64,000 nt of DNA from Acidobacteriota bacterium (GTDB taxonomy: Bacteria; Acidobacteriota; UBA6911; RPQK01; JAJDTT01): contig CBDCJH010000002.1 in NCBI GenBank assembly GCA_965217775.1, forward strand, positions 5,344,001 through 5,408,000. Direction: 5' to 3'. Position numbers and translations under genes: made by a program. Every line of letters starts with the position of its first letter. Positions within the stretch are counted from its first letter, which is position 1. Below, piece after piece: positions 9,962-20,930 of the stretch. Under the pieces are notes generated by a model, which worked only from the letters and a program-made list of their open reading frames with translations, did not search any database and had not been told where the DNA came from.

Positions 9962-9978
9962 GTTACCTTATAGGTAAC
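9962..9978. promoter_or_regulatory. Palindromic operator GTTACCT-N3-AGGTAAC upstream of higB
   Basis: Perfect 7-bp inverted repeat 17 nt upstream of the higB GTG; autoregulation by HigA is inferred. Confidence 0.6.
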
Positions 9979-10161
9979 ATTTTATCATTTTTCTCCGACA
10001 CTCCTGGTGACGCGGAAAGGGTGACCGGACGGAAGGAGAACGGTGACCGAACCAAGAGTGTCCACCTCCTTAGCTGCGTGTCGCCTACGGCCAAGGAAAC
10101 CAATTGCATCGGCCTGTCCAGGAGACAAGGCTTGCAACAAAGCGTGCCTCTGCGGCATAAC

Positions 10162-10441
10162 GTGTTGCATTCGGTGCTAGCACAAAGGATTGCAACGACT
10201 GGTTGCACGAGACGATGCTCGACTGCTGCCCCAACCCCTCACCAGCCGTATCCGTCGCATCTTGACGGAACTGGCAGCCGCGCAATCGGCCCACGACATG
10301 AGTCTGCCCGGTTACCGGCTGCATCGGCTGAAAGGCACTCGACGTGAGCAATGGAGCGTGCGCGTCTCGGGCAACTGGCGCATTGTCTTCCGCTTCGTTG
10401 AGGGTGAGGCGGTGGACGTAGATTTGATCGATTACCATTGA
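10162..10441 (+). pseudogene. higB: HigB/RelE-ParE family toxin with disrupted 5' end (or N-terminally truncated CDS from TTG 10190)
   Basis: HKGLQRL...PGYRLHRLKG..EQWSVRVSGNWRIVFRF..GEAVDVDLIDYH. An in-frame TAG at 10178-10180 precedes HKG, and the upstream GTG (MLHSV) is one base out of frame. Confidence 0.65.
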
Positions 10442-10457
10442 CTGACGGAGGCCCCAA

Positions 10458-10712
10458 ATGATGAACCCGACACATCCCGGCGAAAGCGTCCGCAACTGCA
10501 TCAATGAATCCGGCTGGACGGTAACGGAGTGTGCGGACCGGCTTGGCGTTACTCGCAACAACCTTTCTCGATTGCTGAACGGACGGATCGGGATATCGGC
10601 GCGGGTTGCCCTGGGACTGGAGTCCATTGGCTGGAGCAACGCAGAATTCTGGATGCGCCTGCAAGCCAACTACGAATTGGCGCAAGAACGCCGCAAGCAG
10701 GCCGCCGCGTGA
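10458..10712 (+). CDS. higA: HigA-family HTH antitoxin
   Basis: NPTHPGE, LGVTRNNLSRLLNGRIGISARVAL, AEFWMRLQANYEL; GGAGG RBS. Confidence 0.9.
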   Translation: MMNPTHPGESVRNCINESGWTVTECADRLGVTRNNLSRLLNGRIGISARVALGLESIGWSNAEFWMRLQANYELAQERRKQAAA

Positions 10713-10755
10713 ATACCGCAGTGCTGAGGGACCGGGGACTCTCTCCGGCGCTTAG

Positions 10756-10914
10756 CAGCCCGTGGCAAAAGTCGTCACGGCATTCGACCGTCCCTGCATC
10801 CCGGCGGACTGCGTTGCTATCGGCTCACATACTCCCGGTATGTTCCCTCCGAAGCGCCTTGTCCGGCGGGCGCAGGAACGGTTTCGGTGCTCGCGCGACT
10901 TTCACCACGGGCTG
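10756..10914 (+). mobile_element. MITE copy 1 (159 bp)
   Basis: TIRs CAGCCCGTGGCAAAAGTCG / CGACTTTCACCACGGGCTG; perfect TTAG direct repeat on both flanks. Confidence 0.85.
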
Positions 10915-11112
10915 TTAGCGGAAGGGCTCCTGCAGAGTAGCTGCCCAGACTGGAGCGTCAGAGAAGCGGATGGAGGAAGGCGGTAGCCGGATGGATCGTC
11001 CTGGTGAGTTCGGCGTGGGGTCGGAGTTGCGGGAGTTGGTTGCGCCGTACTTCCTGAGTAGCAGCGCCAACGCCGTGCGCTGTAGGTCATCTGAAATTCG
11101 GGTTGGTCGCCG

Positions 11113-12066
11113 TCACCCCGGCGGGTTGCGGGCCAAGAGCTCCTCATAATACGGGATGGTCCGCTGGAGTCCCTCCCTCAGGCCCACGAACGGGTCCCAG
11201 TCCAGATGCCGTTGTGCCCGGTCGATGTCGGGCCGCCGCCGGACCGGATCGTCCACCGGAATCAGTCCGAACTCGATCTCGGATTTCGAGCCGGTGAGTT
11301 CCAGGATCAGTTTTGCCAGCGACAGTATGGAACACTCGTGGGGACTGCCCAGGTTGACCGGTCCAGGGACCCAATCGGCGTCCATCAGTTGCTCCAGCCC
11401 AGCCACCATGTCGGAGACGAAACAGAAGGAGCGGGTCTGGGAGCCGTCTCCGTAGACGGTCAGGGGCTTTCCCCGCAGCGCCTGGACCACGAAATTGCTG
11501 ACGACGCGCCCGTCCACCTCCGACATTCGGGGTCCGTAGGTGTTGAAGATGCGGGCGATCCTCACGTTGACGCCGTTCTGGCGCTTGTAGTTGATCATCA
11601 GGGACTCGGCTACTCGTTTTCCCTCGTCATAGCAGCTTCGAGGGCCGATGGGGTTCACGTTGCCCCAGTAGTCCTCACGCTGCGGATGGACCAGAGGGTC
11701 GCCGTAGACCTCGGAAGTGCTGGCCTGGAGGATCCGGGCCCCGACCCTCTTGGCCAGGCCGAGAAGGTTGAGGGTGCCCATGACGTTGGTCTTCACCGTC
11801 TTGACCGGATTGTACTGGTAGTGCACCGGCGCCGCCGGGGAGGCCAGGTTGTAGATCCGGTCCACCTCCAGCAGGATCGGCTGAGTCACGTCGTGGCGGA
11901 TGAACTCGAAGTAAGGGTGTTCCAGGAGCGGGAGGATGTTGCGCCGGGTGCCCGAGAACAGGTTGTCGAGACAGAGTACATCCGCTCCCTGCCGGAGCAG
12001 CGATTCGCAGAGGTGGCTGCCGATGAATCCGGCGCCTCCCGCTACCAGAATCCGTTCCCGGATCAT
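11113..12066 (-). CDS. UDP-glucuronate decarboxylase (UXS-like extended SDR)
   Basis: [57 protein letters not shown]. Confidence 0.92.
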   Translation of the reverse strand: MIRERILVAGGAGFIGSHLCESLLRQGADVLCLDNLFSGTRRNILPLLEHPYFEFIRHDVTQPILLEVDRIYNLASPAAPVHYQYNPVKTVKTNVMGTLNLLGLAKRVGARILQASTSEVYGDPLVHPQREDYWGNVNPIGPRSCYDEGKRVAESLMINYKRQNGVNVRIARIFNTYGPRMSEVDGRVVSNFVVQALRGKPLTVYGDGSQTRSFCFVSDMVAGLEQLMDADWVPGPVNLGSPHECSILSLAKLILELTGSKSEIEFGLIPVDDPVRRRPDIDRAQRHLDWDPFVGLREGLQRTIPYYEELLARNPPG

Positions 12067-12093
12067 CCTTTGACCCCCCGGTCGCGTGGACAC

Positions 12094-12140
12094 GTAGGGG
12101 CGCCCCTTGTGGGGTCCTCTTGCCCCTTGTGGGCGCCCTC
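12094..12140 (+). repeat. GTAG-type REP-like palindrome (tandem pair)
   Basis: GTAGGGGCGCCCCTTGTGGGGTCCTCTTGCCCCTTGTGGGCGCCCTC; closely matches the reverse complement of 29759-29807. Confidence 0.65.
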
Positions 12141-12226
12141 CTGCTTCCTGCCGGGTTCAGTATGGCATTGGAGACCGCCGGAGTCAGCAAGGGTGCTCTC
12201 CGTTCCCGTGGCCTTAGGAAAGACGT

Positions 12227-12250
12227 ATAGGGGCACCCCTATTGGGCGCT
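12227..12250 (+). repeat. Degenerate REP-like palindrome
   Basis: ATAGGGGCACCCCTATTGGGCGCT resembles GTAGGGGCGCCCCTTGTGGGCGCC. Confidence 0.45.
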
Positions 12251-12323
12251 TTCGTGCGTCCGTTCCTGCAAATTTCCTCCTTGGGAAATCGGCGATTGGA
12301 AAGTCGCCGCTCCGCGTGTCTTC

Positions 12324-12329
12324 TATAAT
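12324..12329 (+). promoter_or_regulatory. -10 box TATAAT of probable leaderless uvrB transcript
   Basis: Consensus TATAAT 8 nt before ATG 12338; no SD in between. Confidence 0.6.
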
Positions 12330-12337
12330 GCATTCCC

Positions 12338-14428
12338 ATGGCCGATCCACAGGGGATCTCGTACGCGGGCGTGACTTACGGGGAGGCGGCGCCCTCCTCC
12401 GCCCGGTTCCGGATCAAAAGTCCGTTCTCTCCCAGCCGGGATCAGGATCGGGCCATCGAGAAGTTGGTCCGGGGCATTCGGGAAGGCCGGCGCAGCCAGG
12501 TGCTGCTGGGAGTCACCGGGTCCGGCAAGACCTTCACCATGGCCCAGGTCATCGAGCGGATCAATCGGACCACCCTGGTCCTGAGTCACAATAAGACTCT
12601 GGCCGCCCAGCTCTACCAGGAGTTCCGGAACTTCTTCCCCGAAAACGCGGTGGAGTACTTCGTCAGCTACTACGACTACTACCAGCCGGAAGCGTACATC
12701 GCCTCCACCGACACCTACATCGAGAAGGAGGCCCTGATCAACGACGATATCGACCGGCTGCGGCATTCGGCGACCCGATCCCTGTTCGAGCGCCGTGACT
12801 GCATCATCGTCTGCAGCGTGAGCTGCATCTACGGATTGGGGTCTCCCGAGGCCTATTACGGGATGCTGCTCATGCTGAGCGAGGGCCAGCGGATCTCCCG
12901 GCAGTCGCTGCTGCACAGGTTGGTGGACATCCAGTACGAGCGGACCGATCTGGATCTGGCCCGGGGGACCTTCCGGGTCCGGGGGGACGTGGTCGAGGTG
13001 GTTCCGTCCTACGGGGACTACGGCATCCGGATCGAGCTGTTCGGCGACGAAGTGGATGGAATCTATCAGTTCGATCCGTTGACCGGGCAGACCCAGAAAC
13101 GCCATCCACGGATCCCCATCTACCCCCGGTCCCACTACGTGATGCCCGAGGAGCAGCGGAAACGCGCCATGGAGAGCATCCGGGACGAGCTGACGGAGCA
13201 CCAGGCCCGGCTCGAGATGGAAGGACGCCTGATGGAAGCCGAGAGGGTTCGCCAACGGACCCTTTTCGATCTGGAGATGATGCGAACCGTCGGCTACTGC
13301 CGGGGTGTCGAGAACTATTCCCGTCACCTCACCGGCCGTCGACCGGGGCAGGCTCCGCCCACGCTCATGGACTATCTGCCGAAGGAATCGCTCATCTTCA
13401 TCGACGAGAGCCATGTGTCCGTCCCCCAGGTCAGGGGCATGTACGCGGGGGACCGTTCCAGAAAGCTGAACCTGGTGAAGTACGGGTTCCGCCTCCCCTC
13501 GGCTCTCGACAATCGACCCTTGAGCTTTGCCGAGTTCGAGCTCCGCCGTCCCCAGACCCTCTACGTTTCGGCCACTCCGGCCAATTTCGAGCTGGAGGAG
13601 TGCGGAGGGGAGGTGGTGGAGCAGATCATTCGGCCCACCGGCCTCATGGATCCGGAAATCGTAGTGCGCCCGGTCCGCAACCAGATCGACGATCTGCTGG
13701 AGGAGATTCGGAGCCGTTCCGAACGGAGGGAGCGGGTACTGGTCACCACCTTGACCAAACGGATGGCCGAGGAGTTGACCGAGTACTACACCGAGATCGG
13801 CGTCATGGTCCGTTACCTTCATTCGGAAGTGGATACATTGGACCGGGTCAAGCTCTTGCGTGATCTGCGCCTGGGCCGGTTCGACGTCCTGGTGGGAGTC
13901 AACCTGTTGCGCGAGGGTCTGGATCTGCCGGAGGTCTCCCTGGTGGCGGTGCTTGACGCCGACAAGGAGGGGTTCCTGCGCAGCGGCACCTCTCTGATCC
14001 AGACTTCGGGGCGGGCGGCTCGAAACGTCAACGGGAAGGTCATCATGTACGCCGACGTCGTCACCCGGTCCATGAGACATGCCATTGAGGAGACGGGAAG
14101 ACGCCGGGTTCTTCAGCGCGACTACAACGACGAAAACGGGATCACTCCGGAGAGCATCGTCAAGCCGGTGGACGCGACGCTGCTGGAGATGACCCGGCTG
14201 GACTACTATGAAATCCCGCTGGTGGCCGAGGAGGTGGACCAGTACGGTTCTCCCCAGGAAATCGAGCAGGAGATACTCAGGTTGAACGACGACATGAAGA
14301 AGGCGGCTCAGGAGTTCGAGTTCGAAAAGGCGGCCCAGTTGCGGGATCGGATCAAGCTGTTGCGGGAAACCCATCTCCAGTTGGCAGGCGACCCGCAGCC
14401 GAACGGCCGGGGGGAGGGTGCCGGATGA
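12338..14428 (+). CDS. uvrB: Excinuclease ABC subunit B
   Basis: [42 protein letters not shown]-terminal [14 protein letters not shown]. Confidence 0.98.
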   Translation: MADPQGISYAGVTYGEAAPSSARFRIKSPFSPSRDQDRAIEKLVRGIREGRRSQVLLGVTGSGKTFTMAQVIERINRTTLVLSHNKTLAAQLYQEFRNFFPENAVEYFVSYYDYYQPEAYIASTDTYIEKEALINDDIDRLRHSATRSLFERRDCIIVCSVSCIYGLGSPEAYYGMLLMLSEGQRISRQSLLHRLVDIQYERTDLDLARGTFRVRGDVVEVVPSYGDYGIRIELFGDEVDGIYQFDPLTGQTQKRHPRIPIYPRSHYVMPEEQRKRAMESIRDELTEHQARLEMEGRLMEAERVRQRTLFDLEMMRTVGYCRGVENYSRHLTGRRPGQAPPTLMDYLPKESLIFIDESHVSVPQVRGMYAGDRSRKLNLVKYGFRLPSALDNRPLSFAEFELRRPQTLYVSATPANFELEECGGEVVEQIIRPTGLMDPEIVVRPVRNQIDDLLEEIRSRSERRERVLVTTLTKRMAEELTEYYTEIGVMVRYLHSEVDTLDRVKLLRDLRLGRFDVLVGVNLLREGLDLPEVSLVAVLDADKEGFLRSGTSLIQTSGRAARNVNGKVIMYADVVTRSMRHAIEETGRRRVLQRDYNDENGITPESIVKPVDATLLEMTRLDYYEIPLVAEEVDQYGSPQEIEQEILRLNDDMKKAAQEFEFEKAAQLRDRIKLLRETHLQLAGDPQPNGRGEGAG

Positions 14429-15726
14429 CGTCCGGACGAGTCGATCCGGTCCAGGTTCCCCTCAAGGGGGAGGTGGAGGTGCCGGGAGACAAGAGCATCT
14501 CCCATCGCTATGCCCTTTTCGGGGGCATGGCCAGGGGAACGACCCGGATCCGCAATTTCTCCTCCAGCGAAGACTGTCAGGCGAGTCTTTCCTGCATCGA
14601 GGCGCTCGGGGTGGAAGTGGTTCGAAACGGCTCCCGTGTGGAGATCACCAGCCCGGGATGGCGGCATTTCACCGCGCCGGCCCGGGTTCTGGACGTTCAG
14701 AACAGCGGGACCACCATCCGGCTGCTCTCGGCCCTGCTGGCGGCGGGACGATTCTCCTCCCAGGTCCAGGGGGACTCTTCTCTCAACCAACGCCCCATGA
14801 AGCGCATCATGGATCCGCTGAGTCGAATGGGCGCTCGGATCGACGCCCGGGAAGGCAGGTTCCCGCCTCTTCTGATCCAGGGCGGCCGGCTGACCGGGAT
14901 CCGGTACAGGCTGCCCATCGCCAGCGCCCAGGTGAAGTCGTGCGTCTTGCTGGCCGGATTGATGGCCGAGGGCGAGACGGAGGTGGAGGAGACGGGGCCG
15001 TCCCGGGATCATACCGAACGGGCCCTCCCCTTCTTTGGCGCCGCGTTGATTCGGGACGGAGCTCGCCTCCGGGTGCGGGGAGGCGCTCGGCTCCGCGGCG
15101 TCGATTTCCGGATCCCGGGAGACTTTTCCTCCGCGTTGTTCTTCCTGGTGGCGAGCCTGCTGGTTCCGGGCAGCCGGATCGCCTTGAAGGGAGTCGGCGT
15201 CAATCCCACCCGGGCGGGTTTCCTCTCGCTGCTGGAACAGGCCGGAATCCGAGTCGAGAGGTCCAATGCCACAGAGAGCAACGGCGAACCGGTCTGCGAT
15301 CTGCAGATCCGGGCGGATCCCCAGGTCCGAAGGCAGTTTCCCAACGAGATCTCGGGAGACTGGGTGGCCCGGCTCATCGACGAGATCCCGGCGCTGGCCA
15401 TTTTGGGGATCAGTCTGGAACGGGGGTTCCAGGTTCGAGACGCCCAGGAGCTGCGCCACAAGGAGTCGGACCGGATCCACTCGGTCGTCGTCAATTTGCG
15501 TGAACTCGGCGTGGACATCCGCGAACTCCCGGATGGATTCGTCATCCCTCCCGGCAGCCGCATCCGCGGCGGGAAGGTGCGGACCTTCGGCGATCATCGA
15601 ATCGCCATGGCCTTCGCCCTGGCAGGTCTGGTGGCGGAGAGCCCGGTGGAACTGGATCGTCCCGAGTGCGTGGCCGTGTCCTATCCTGATTTCTTCCGGC
15701 ACCTGGAGGGGGTTTGCCGCCGTTGA
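14425..15726 (+). CDS. aroA: 3-phosphoshikimate 1-carboxyvinyltransferase
   Basis: [42 protein letters not shown]. Confidence 0.97.
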   Translation: MTSGRVDPVQVPLKGEVEVPGDKSISHRYALFGGMARGTTRIRNFSSSEDCQASLSCIEALGVEVVRNGSRVEITSPGWRHFTAPARVLDVQNSGTTIRLLSALLAAGRFSSQVQGDSSLNQRPMKRIMDPLSRMGARIDAREGRFPPLLIQGGRLTGIRYRLPIASAQVKSCVLLAGLMAEGETEVEETGPSRDHTERALPFFGAALIRDGARLRVRGGARLRGVDFRIPGDFSSALFFLVASLLVPGSRIALKGVGVNPTRAGFLSLLEQAGIRVERSNATESNGEPVCDLQIRADPQVRRQFPNEISGDWVARLIDEIPALAILGISLERGFQVRDAQELRHKESDRIHSVVVNLRELGVDIRELPDGFVIPPGSRIRGGKVRTFGDHRIAMAFALAGLVAESPVELDRPECVAVSYPDFFRHLEGVCRR

Positions 15727-16250
15727 AGGGTCACCTCTATCTGGTGGGTTTCATGGGCAGCGGCAAGTCGACCGTGGGGCCGACTCTGGCCGGGCAGTTG
15801 GGCCGGGAGTTCCTGGATCTGGACGATTTGATCGAGGAGGCGGAGGAGACCGACATTCCGCGAATCTTCGATCTTCGGGGCGAAGCCTATTTTCGGGAGT
15901 TGGAGACTCGTATCCTGGCGTCCGTCCAGGATCGGCGACCTGCCGTCGTCGCTCTGGGTGGAGGGGCCTTTTCCCAGGCGCCGAACCGCGGCCTGATCTT
16001 CAGGACCGGAGTCGCCGTGACCCTCCGGATTCCGCTGGAACTCGCCTGGCAGCGTTCCACGGAGATGGACAACCGTCCGCTGGCTCGGGATCGGCAACAG
16101 TTCGAGACCCTCTACCTCAAGCGGCAGCCGGACTACGATCTGGCCGATCTGAAGGTCGGGGTTTCGGGGAGGACGCCGGAGCAGATCTGCCAATTGATCC
16201 GGGACCGTCTCGAAACGGTTCATCGGATCCCGGATTCTTTCCGCGGTTAG
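15723..16250 (+). CDS. aroK: Shikimate kinase
   Basis: LVGFMGSGKSTVG, GEAYFRELE, ALGGG, RPL; TTG start overlaps the aroA stop. Confidence 0.95.
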   Translation: MKGHLYLVGFMGSGKSTVGPTLAGQLGREFLDLDDLIEEAEETDIPRIFDLRGEAYFRELETRILASVQDRRPAVVALGGGAFSQAPNRGLIFRTGVAVTLRIPLELAWQRSTEMDNRPLARDRQQFETLYLKRQPDYDLADLKVGVSGRTPEQICQLIRDRLETVHRIPDSFRG

Positions 16251-16359
16251 GTGTGGGCCGAGCGCCAAAAATGGACAGGGTTCTGCGCTATCCTTCCAGC
16301 GCCCCGCTGTCGGCGCGGGCTGGTGTTGGCCTTGACGATCGGAAAGGGACCGTCCACCC

Positions 16360-17904
16360 ATGCCTGTTCTGCTGATCCTGCTTCTGATTGCCGTTTCCCA
16401 CCCGCTCTCCGCCCAGTCGACGGAGCTCTTCTCCACCGAGGGGTACCGGGATCGAATGAAGTTCTGGACCGACGTTTTCACGCGGTACGGAGAGGGGGAG
16501 TACCAGATTCACGACAAGAACGATTTGAGGCTGGTGTACCGGATGGTCCGAACCGGAGCCGGGCAGAGGGGGAGGACCGCCACACGCCGCCGCCGTCAGA
16601 AGTTGCGGAATGCCAGGGCGGAAGTGCGGCGGCTACTTCTGGACCTGGCCCGGCGAGAGCCGAGCCGCTGGAGCGGCAAGCACCGCGAGATCGCTGAAGT
16701 CGTTCGAGGCGCCGGTTATTCTCTCTCCTCCAAGACCTTGAAGGGTCTTTCCGGAAACATCCGCCATCAACGGGGAATCCGGGAAAGGTTCCGCGCGGGC
16801 GTGATCCGCTCCGGCAGGTATCTGAAGCGGATGAAGGAGATCTTTCGCAGGGAGGGGCTGCCGGAAGAGCTGGCCTATCTACCCCACGTGGAGTCCAGCT
16901 TCAACGACCGGGCCTATTCCCATGCCGGAGCGGCGGGCGTCTGGCAGTTCATGCGGTCGACGGGCCGCCTGTACATGAAGGTCAATCGCTCGGTGGACGA
17001 ACGGCTCCATCCCATCCGGGCCACCGAAGCGGCCGCGCGGATGCTCAAGGACAACTATCGGAGACTGGGGAACTGGCCCCTGGCGGTGACCGCCTACAAC
17101 CAGGGACCCAACGGCATGGCGAGGGCCAAACGGCGCCATGGCCCGGACCTGCGAGTCATCATCAAGCGTCATCGGTCCCGGACCTTCGGCTTCGCGGGAC
17201 AGAATTTCTATGCCGAGTTCCTGGTCGCCATCGAGATTGGCCGGAACCCGGAGAAATATTTCGGCTCCATTCAATTGGATGAACCGAGAAGCTTTCCTTC
17301 CGTCCGCCTCCAGGCGAATCGGCGGGTGGGTCATGTGGTGGCTCACTCCGGGGTGAAGATGGATACGCTACGCCGGCACAACCCGCATATCCGGCGCCGG
17401 GTATGGCGGAGCTCAGGTGTCCTGCCGTCGGGAGTGGCCCTCTATTTCCCGCCCGGCAAGCGGGAGCACGTGACGGCGGCTCTCAAGAAGGCTCCTCGAG
17501 TGCAGTTGGCCCAGCGGAGAGAGGTCGGTCCGGGCGAGTACCGCGTCCGGCGTGGAGATACGCTGGGCGGGATCGCCCGGCGGTTCGAGACTTCGGTGGC
17601 TGCTCTCAGACGAGACAACAGCATTCGGGGCACCCGCATCATTGCCGGAGAGGTTCTCACGGTTTCGAAGAGCAAGTCGCGAGGCCGTACCGTCGCCCAG
17701 GCCCAGAGCCGTACGCCCCCCGGAGCGCAACGCCGTACCGTCGCCAAAACGAACAGCCCGGACATCTACCGGGTCCGGCGAGGGGACAACCTCTGGGTCA
17801 TTGCCAGGAAATTCGGGGTTTCTCCGCGCCAGCTCCAGAGAGCCAACGGCATCCGGAACCGCGATCGTATTCACCCGGGCCAGACTCTACGCATACCGAA
17901 TTAG
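16360..17904 (+). CDS. Lytic transglycosylase (SLT domain, MltD-like) with two LysM domains
   Basis: Signal peptide; LPHVESSFN...SHAGAAGVWQFM, AVTAYNQG; LysM YRVRRGDTLGGIA and YRVRRGDNLWVIA. Confidence 0.9.
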   Translation: MPVLLILLLIAVSHPLSAQSTELFSTEGYRDRMKFWTDVFTRYGEGEYQIHDKNDLRLVYRMVRTGAGQRGRTATRRRRQKLRNARAEVRRLLLDLARREPSRWSGKHREIAEVVRGAGYSLSSKTLKGLSGNIRHQRGIRERFRAGVIRSGRYLKRMKEIFRREGLPEELAYLPHVESSFNDRAYSHAGAAGVWQFMRSTGRLYMKVNRSVDERLHPIRATEAAARMLKDNYRRLGNWPLAVTAYNQGPNGMARAKRRHGPDLRVIIKRHRSRTFGFAGQNFYAEFLVAIEIGRNPEKYFGSIQLDEPRSFPSVRLQANRRVGHVVAHSGVKMDTLRRHNPHIRRRVWRSSGVLPSGVALYFPPGKREHVTAALKKAPRVQLAQRREVGPGEYRVRRGDTLGGIARRFETSVAALRRDNSIRGTRIIAGEVLTVSKSKSRGRTVAQAQSRTPPGAQRRTVAKTNSPDIYRVRRGDNLWVIARKFGVSPRQLQRANGIRNRDRIHPGQTLRIPN

Positions 17905-17920
17905 GCTGGAACGCCCCCGT

Positions 17921-20560
17921 TCAGCGCGCGGCGCCGATCACCTCCCGGTCCGACTCGTGCTTGAAGATCGGCTCCCCCCCTCCGGGAGCCGTTTCCGCCA
18001 GGATCCGGGCGCCGTCGGTCAATGATCCGGAGACGATGAGCCGCGCCAGGGGATTCTCGAGCCGTCTCTGGATGGCCCGCTTCAGCGGACGGGCTCCGTA
18101 AACGGGATCGTAGCCCTCCCGCACCAGTTGCACCCGGACCTCGTCGCTCAGCTCCAGTGTCATCCGGCGCTCCTTGAGGCGGCGTCGCAAGAGGTCCAAC
18201 TGGATCTCCACGATCTGTTTCAGATGATCCTGGGACAGGGCGTGGAAGACGATCCGGTCGTCGATCCGGTTCAGGAACTCGGGGCGGAAATGCTGAACCA
18301 GCTTCCGGATCACGGCCTGCTTCATCCTCTCGTATTCGGCTCCGCCGAAGGCTCCCCGGTAATCCAGGATGTCGGAGCTGCCCAGGTTCGAGGTCATGAG
18401 GATGATGCAGTTCTTGAAATCCACCGTCCTGCCCTTGCCGTCGGTCAGGCGGCCGTCGTCCAGGATCTGGAGCAGGACGTTGAAGACATCGAAGTGGGCC
18501 TTCTCGATTTCGTCGAAGAGGAGCACCGAGAAGGGTCTTCGCCGCACCGCCTCGCTCAGTTGTCCCCCCTCCTCGTGTCCCACGTATCCGGGAGGAGCGC
18601 CGATCAAGCGGGCCACGGTGTGCTTCTCCTGGTATTCGGACATGTCGATTCGGATCATGGCCTGTTCATCGTCGAAGAGAGCCTCGGCCAGAGCCCGGCC
18701 CAGCTCGGTCTTGCCGACTCCCGTCGGACCCAGGAAGAGGAAGCTGCCGATGGGACGGGCGGGGTCCTTGAGACCGGCCCGGGAACGGATGACCGCTTCC
18801 GTGACGGCTCGAATCGCCTCGTCCTGACCGACGACTCTCCGATGAAGCGTCTGATCCAGGTTCAGGAGCCGCTCCATCTCGCCCTCCATGAGCCTGGAGA
18901 CCGGGATTCCGGTCCACCGGTTGACCACGTCGGCGATGTCTTCCTCGCCCACGTCCTCCTTCAAAAGAGGCGCCGTTCCCTGCTTGCGGTCCAGCCTTTG
19001 CTGCTCCGCTTCCAGCTTCTGTTCCAGGGATGCCAGAGTCCCGTATTTGAGCTCGGCGGCCCGATTCAGGTCGTATTCCCGCTCCGCCTGCTCGATCCGG
19101 ATCTTGGTCTCCTCGATCTGTTCTCTGAGAGTTCTCAGTTGCCGGACTCCCTCCTGTTCGGACTGCCATTGAGCCGTGAGCGCGGTGGCCCGGGCCCGTT
19201 CCTCGGCCAACTCCTTTTCGATCCGGTTCAGCCGATCCCGGGAGCCCTGGTCCTTCTCCTTGCGCAGCGCCTCCCTTTCGATCTCCAGTTGCATCACCCG
19301 CCGCTGGGTCTCGTCCAGCTCGGTGGGCATGGAATCCATTTCGGTCCGCAGCTTGGCCGCGGCTTCGTCCATCAGGTCGATGGCCTTGTCGGGCAGGAAC
19401 CGGTCCGGAATATAGCGGTTCGACAGGACCGCCGCCGCCACCAGCGCCGCGTCTCTGATGTGGACGCCGTGGTGGATCTCGTAGCGCTCCTTCAGGCCTC
19501 TCAGAATCGAAATCGTGTCTTCGACCGAAGGCTGGTCCACCAGGACCGGCTGGAATCGCCGCTCCAGAGCCCTGTCCTTTTCCACGTGTTTCCGGTATTC
19601 GTCCACGGTGGCGGCGCCGATGCAGTGGAGCTCGCCCCGGGCCAACATGGGCTTGAGGAGGTTGCCCGCATCCATGGCCCCTTCGACCCGTCCTGCGCCC
19701 ACGACGGTGTGAAGCTCGTCGATGAAGAGAATGACTTCGCCTTCCTGTTCCTGGACCGCCTTCAGAACGGCCTTGAGTCGTTCCTCGAATTCGCCCCGGT
19801 ATTTGGCGCCGGCGATCAGGGAGCCCATGTCCAGGGAGACGACCCGGCGACGTTTCAGTCCCTCCGGCACGTCGCCCCGGACGATGCGTTGGGCCAGGCC
19901 CTCCGCGATGGCCGTCTTGCCGACGCCCGGATCGCCGATCAGAACCGGGTTGTTCTTGGTTCTCCGGGAAAGGACCTGCATCAGCCGGCGAATTTCGTAG
20001 TCTCTTCCGATGACCGGGTCGAGCTTCCCGGCGGTGGCCAGCCGGGTCAGGTCCCGGCCGTACCGCTCCAGGGGCTCGTACGTCGCCTCGGGATGGGGAG
20101 AGGTCACCCGCTGGCTCCCGCGAACCTCCCGAAGGGTCTGCATCAGGCGTTCCCGGGTGATTCCCTGCGCTTGCAGGAGGCGTCCGGCAGCTCCCGTGTC
20201 CGCTACCATGGCCAGCAACAGGTGCTCCACCGAAACGTACTCGTCCTTGAGCCGCTTCGCTTCTTCCCGGGCTCTGTGCAGAAGCAGCGTCAAACGTCCG
20301 GAGACGTAGATCTGGTCGGCCGCTGCGGTAGGGCCGCTCACGTTGGCGCGGCGCCGCAAATCCTGATGCAGCCTCTGGTTCAATTGGCCGGGGTCCACGT
20401 CCGTCTTGTTCAGGACGGATGCCGCCAGCCCTTGCTCCTGATCCAGAAGAGCGACCAGAAGATGCTCTACATCCACCTGTTGGTGACCCAGGTTCCTGGC
20501 AGCCGCTTCCGCCCGGTTCAGACCTTCGCGAACGCTTTCCGTCAAACGATTCAGGTCCAT
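17921..20560 (-). CDS. clpB: ATP-dependent chaperone ClpB
   Basis: Two AAA modules ([16 protein letters not shown]), [10 protein letters not shown], long coiled-coil M domain, GARPLKR; ATG 20560 with GGAGG RBS. Confidence 0.97.
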   Translation of the reverse strand: MDLNRLTESVREGLNRAEAAARNLGHQQVDVEHLLVALLDQEQGLAASVLNKTDVDPGQLNQRLHQDLRRRANVSGPTAAADQIYVSGRLTLLLHRAREEAKRLKDEYVSVEHLLLAMVADTGAAGRLLQAQGITRERLMQTLREVRGSQRVTSPHPEATYEPLERYGRDLTRLATAGKLDPVIGRDYEIRRLMQVLSRRTKNNPVLIGDPGVGKTAIAEGLAQRIVRGDVPEGLKRRRVVSLDMGSLIAGAKYRGEFEERLKAVLKAVQEQEGEVILFIDELHTVVGAGRVEGAMDAGNLLKPMLARGELHCIGAATVDEYRKHVEKDRALERRFQPVLVDQPSVEDTISILRGLKERYEIHHGVHIRDAALVAAAVLSNRYIPDRFLPDKAIDLMDEAAAKLRTEMDSMPTELDETQRRVMQLEIEREALRKEKDQGSRDRLNRIEKELAEERARATALTAQWQSEQEGVRQLRTLREQIEETKIRIEQAEREYDLNRAAELKYGTLASLEQKLEAEQQRLDRKQGTAPLLKEDVGEEDIADVVNRWTGIPVSRLMEGEMERLLNLDQTLHRRVVGQDEAIRAVTEAVIRSRAGLKDPARPIGSFLFLGPTGVGKTELGRALAEALFDDEQAMIRIDMSEYQEKHTVARLIGAPPGYVGHEEGGQLSEAVRRRPFSVLLFDEIEKAHFDVFNVLLQILDDGRLTDGKGRTVDFKNCIILMTSNLGSSDILDYRGAFGGAEYERMKQAVIRKLVQHFRPEFLNRIDDRIVFHALSQDHLKQIVEIQLDLLRRRLKERRMTLELSDEVRVQLVREGYDPVYGARPLKRAIQRRLENPLARLIVSGSLTDGARILAETAPGGGEPIFKHESDREVIGAAR

Positions 20561-20745
20561 GATTCGATCCTCCGCTGTCCGGTCTATCTCGTTATAGGAT
20601 CGGCCCGTAAGCATCGCAAGGATTCACGGCCCGTGGTGGCAATTCCGTTTTTCCGTGCCGTCGGACGATGGCTACACGGTTGAGCTCTACGGGTAATCCC
20701 CGGTTCCTCGCACCCGCTCGCCGTAGTAGACTGCGCCTGTTCTAC

Positions 20746-20903
20746 CAGCCCGTGGCAAAAGTCGTCACGGCATTCGACCGTTCCTGCATCCCGGCGGACG
20801 GCGTTGCGATTCGCTCACATACTCCCGGTATGCTCCCGAATCGCGCCTTGTCCGGCGGGCGCAGGACCGGTTTCGGTGCTCGCGCGACTTTCACCACGGA
20901 CTG
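20746..20903 (+). mobile_element. MITE copy 2 (158 bp)
   Basis: Same TIRs; perfect CTAC direct repeats; between divergent clpB and grpE. Confidence 0.85.
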
Positions 20904-20930
20904 CTACGGGACGTTGAGGCGAGGCACGAT

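Noticed and set aside
1-10914. Integrative element or prophage boundaries around the defence island
   Set aside because: No integrase, tRNA target or att repeat is visible, and the left boundary is outside the window
10915-11112. Possible small gene or RNA between MITE copy 1 and uxs
   Set aside because: Short ORFs have no recognisable motifs and there is no tRNA-like or other clear structure
20627-20646. Additional MITE-end remnant upstream of clpB (and a weaker one at 30757)
   Set aside because: Only about 15/20 identity or less, with no interior sequence support; could be chance
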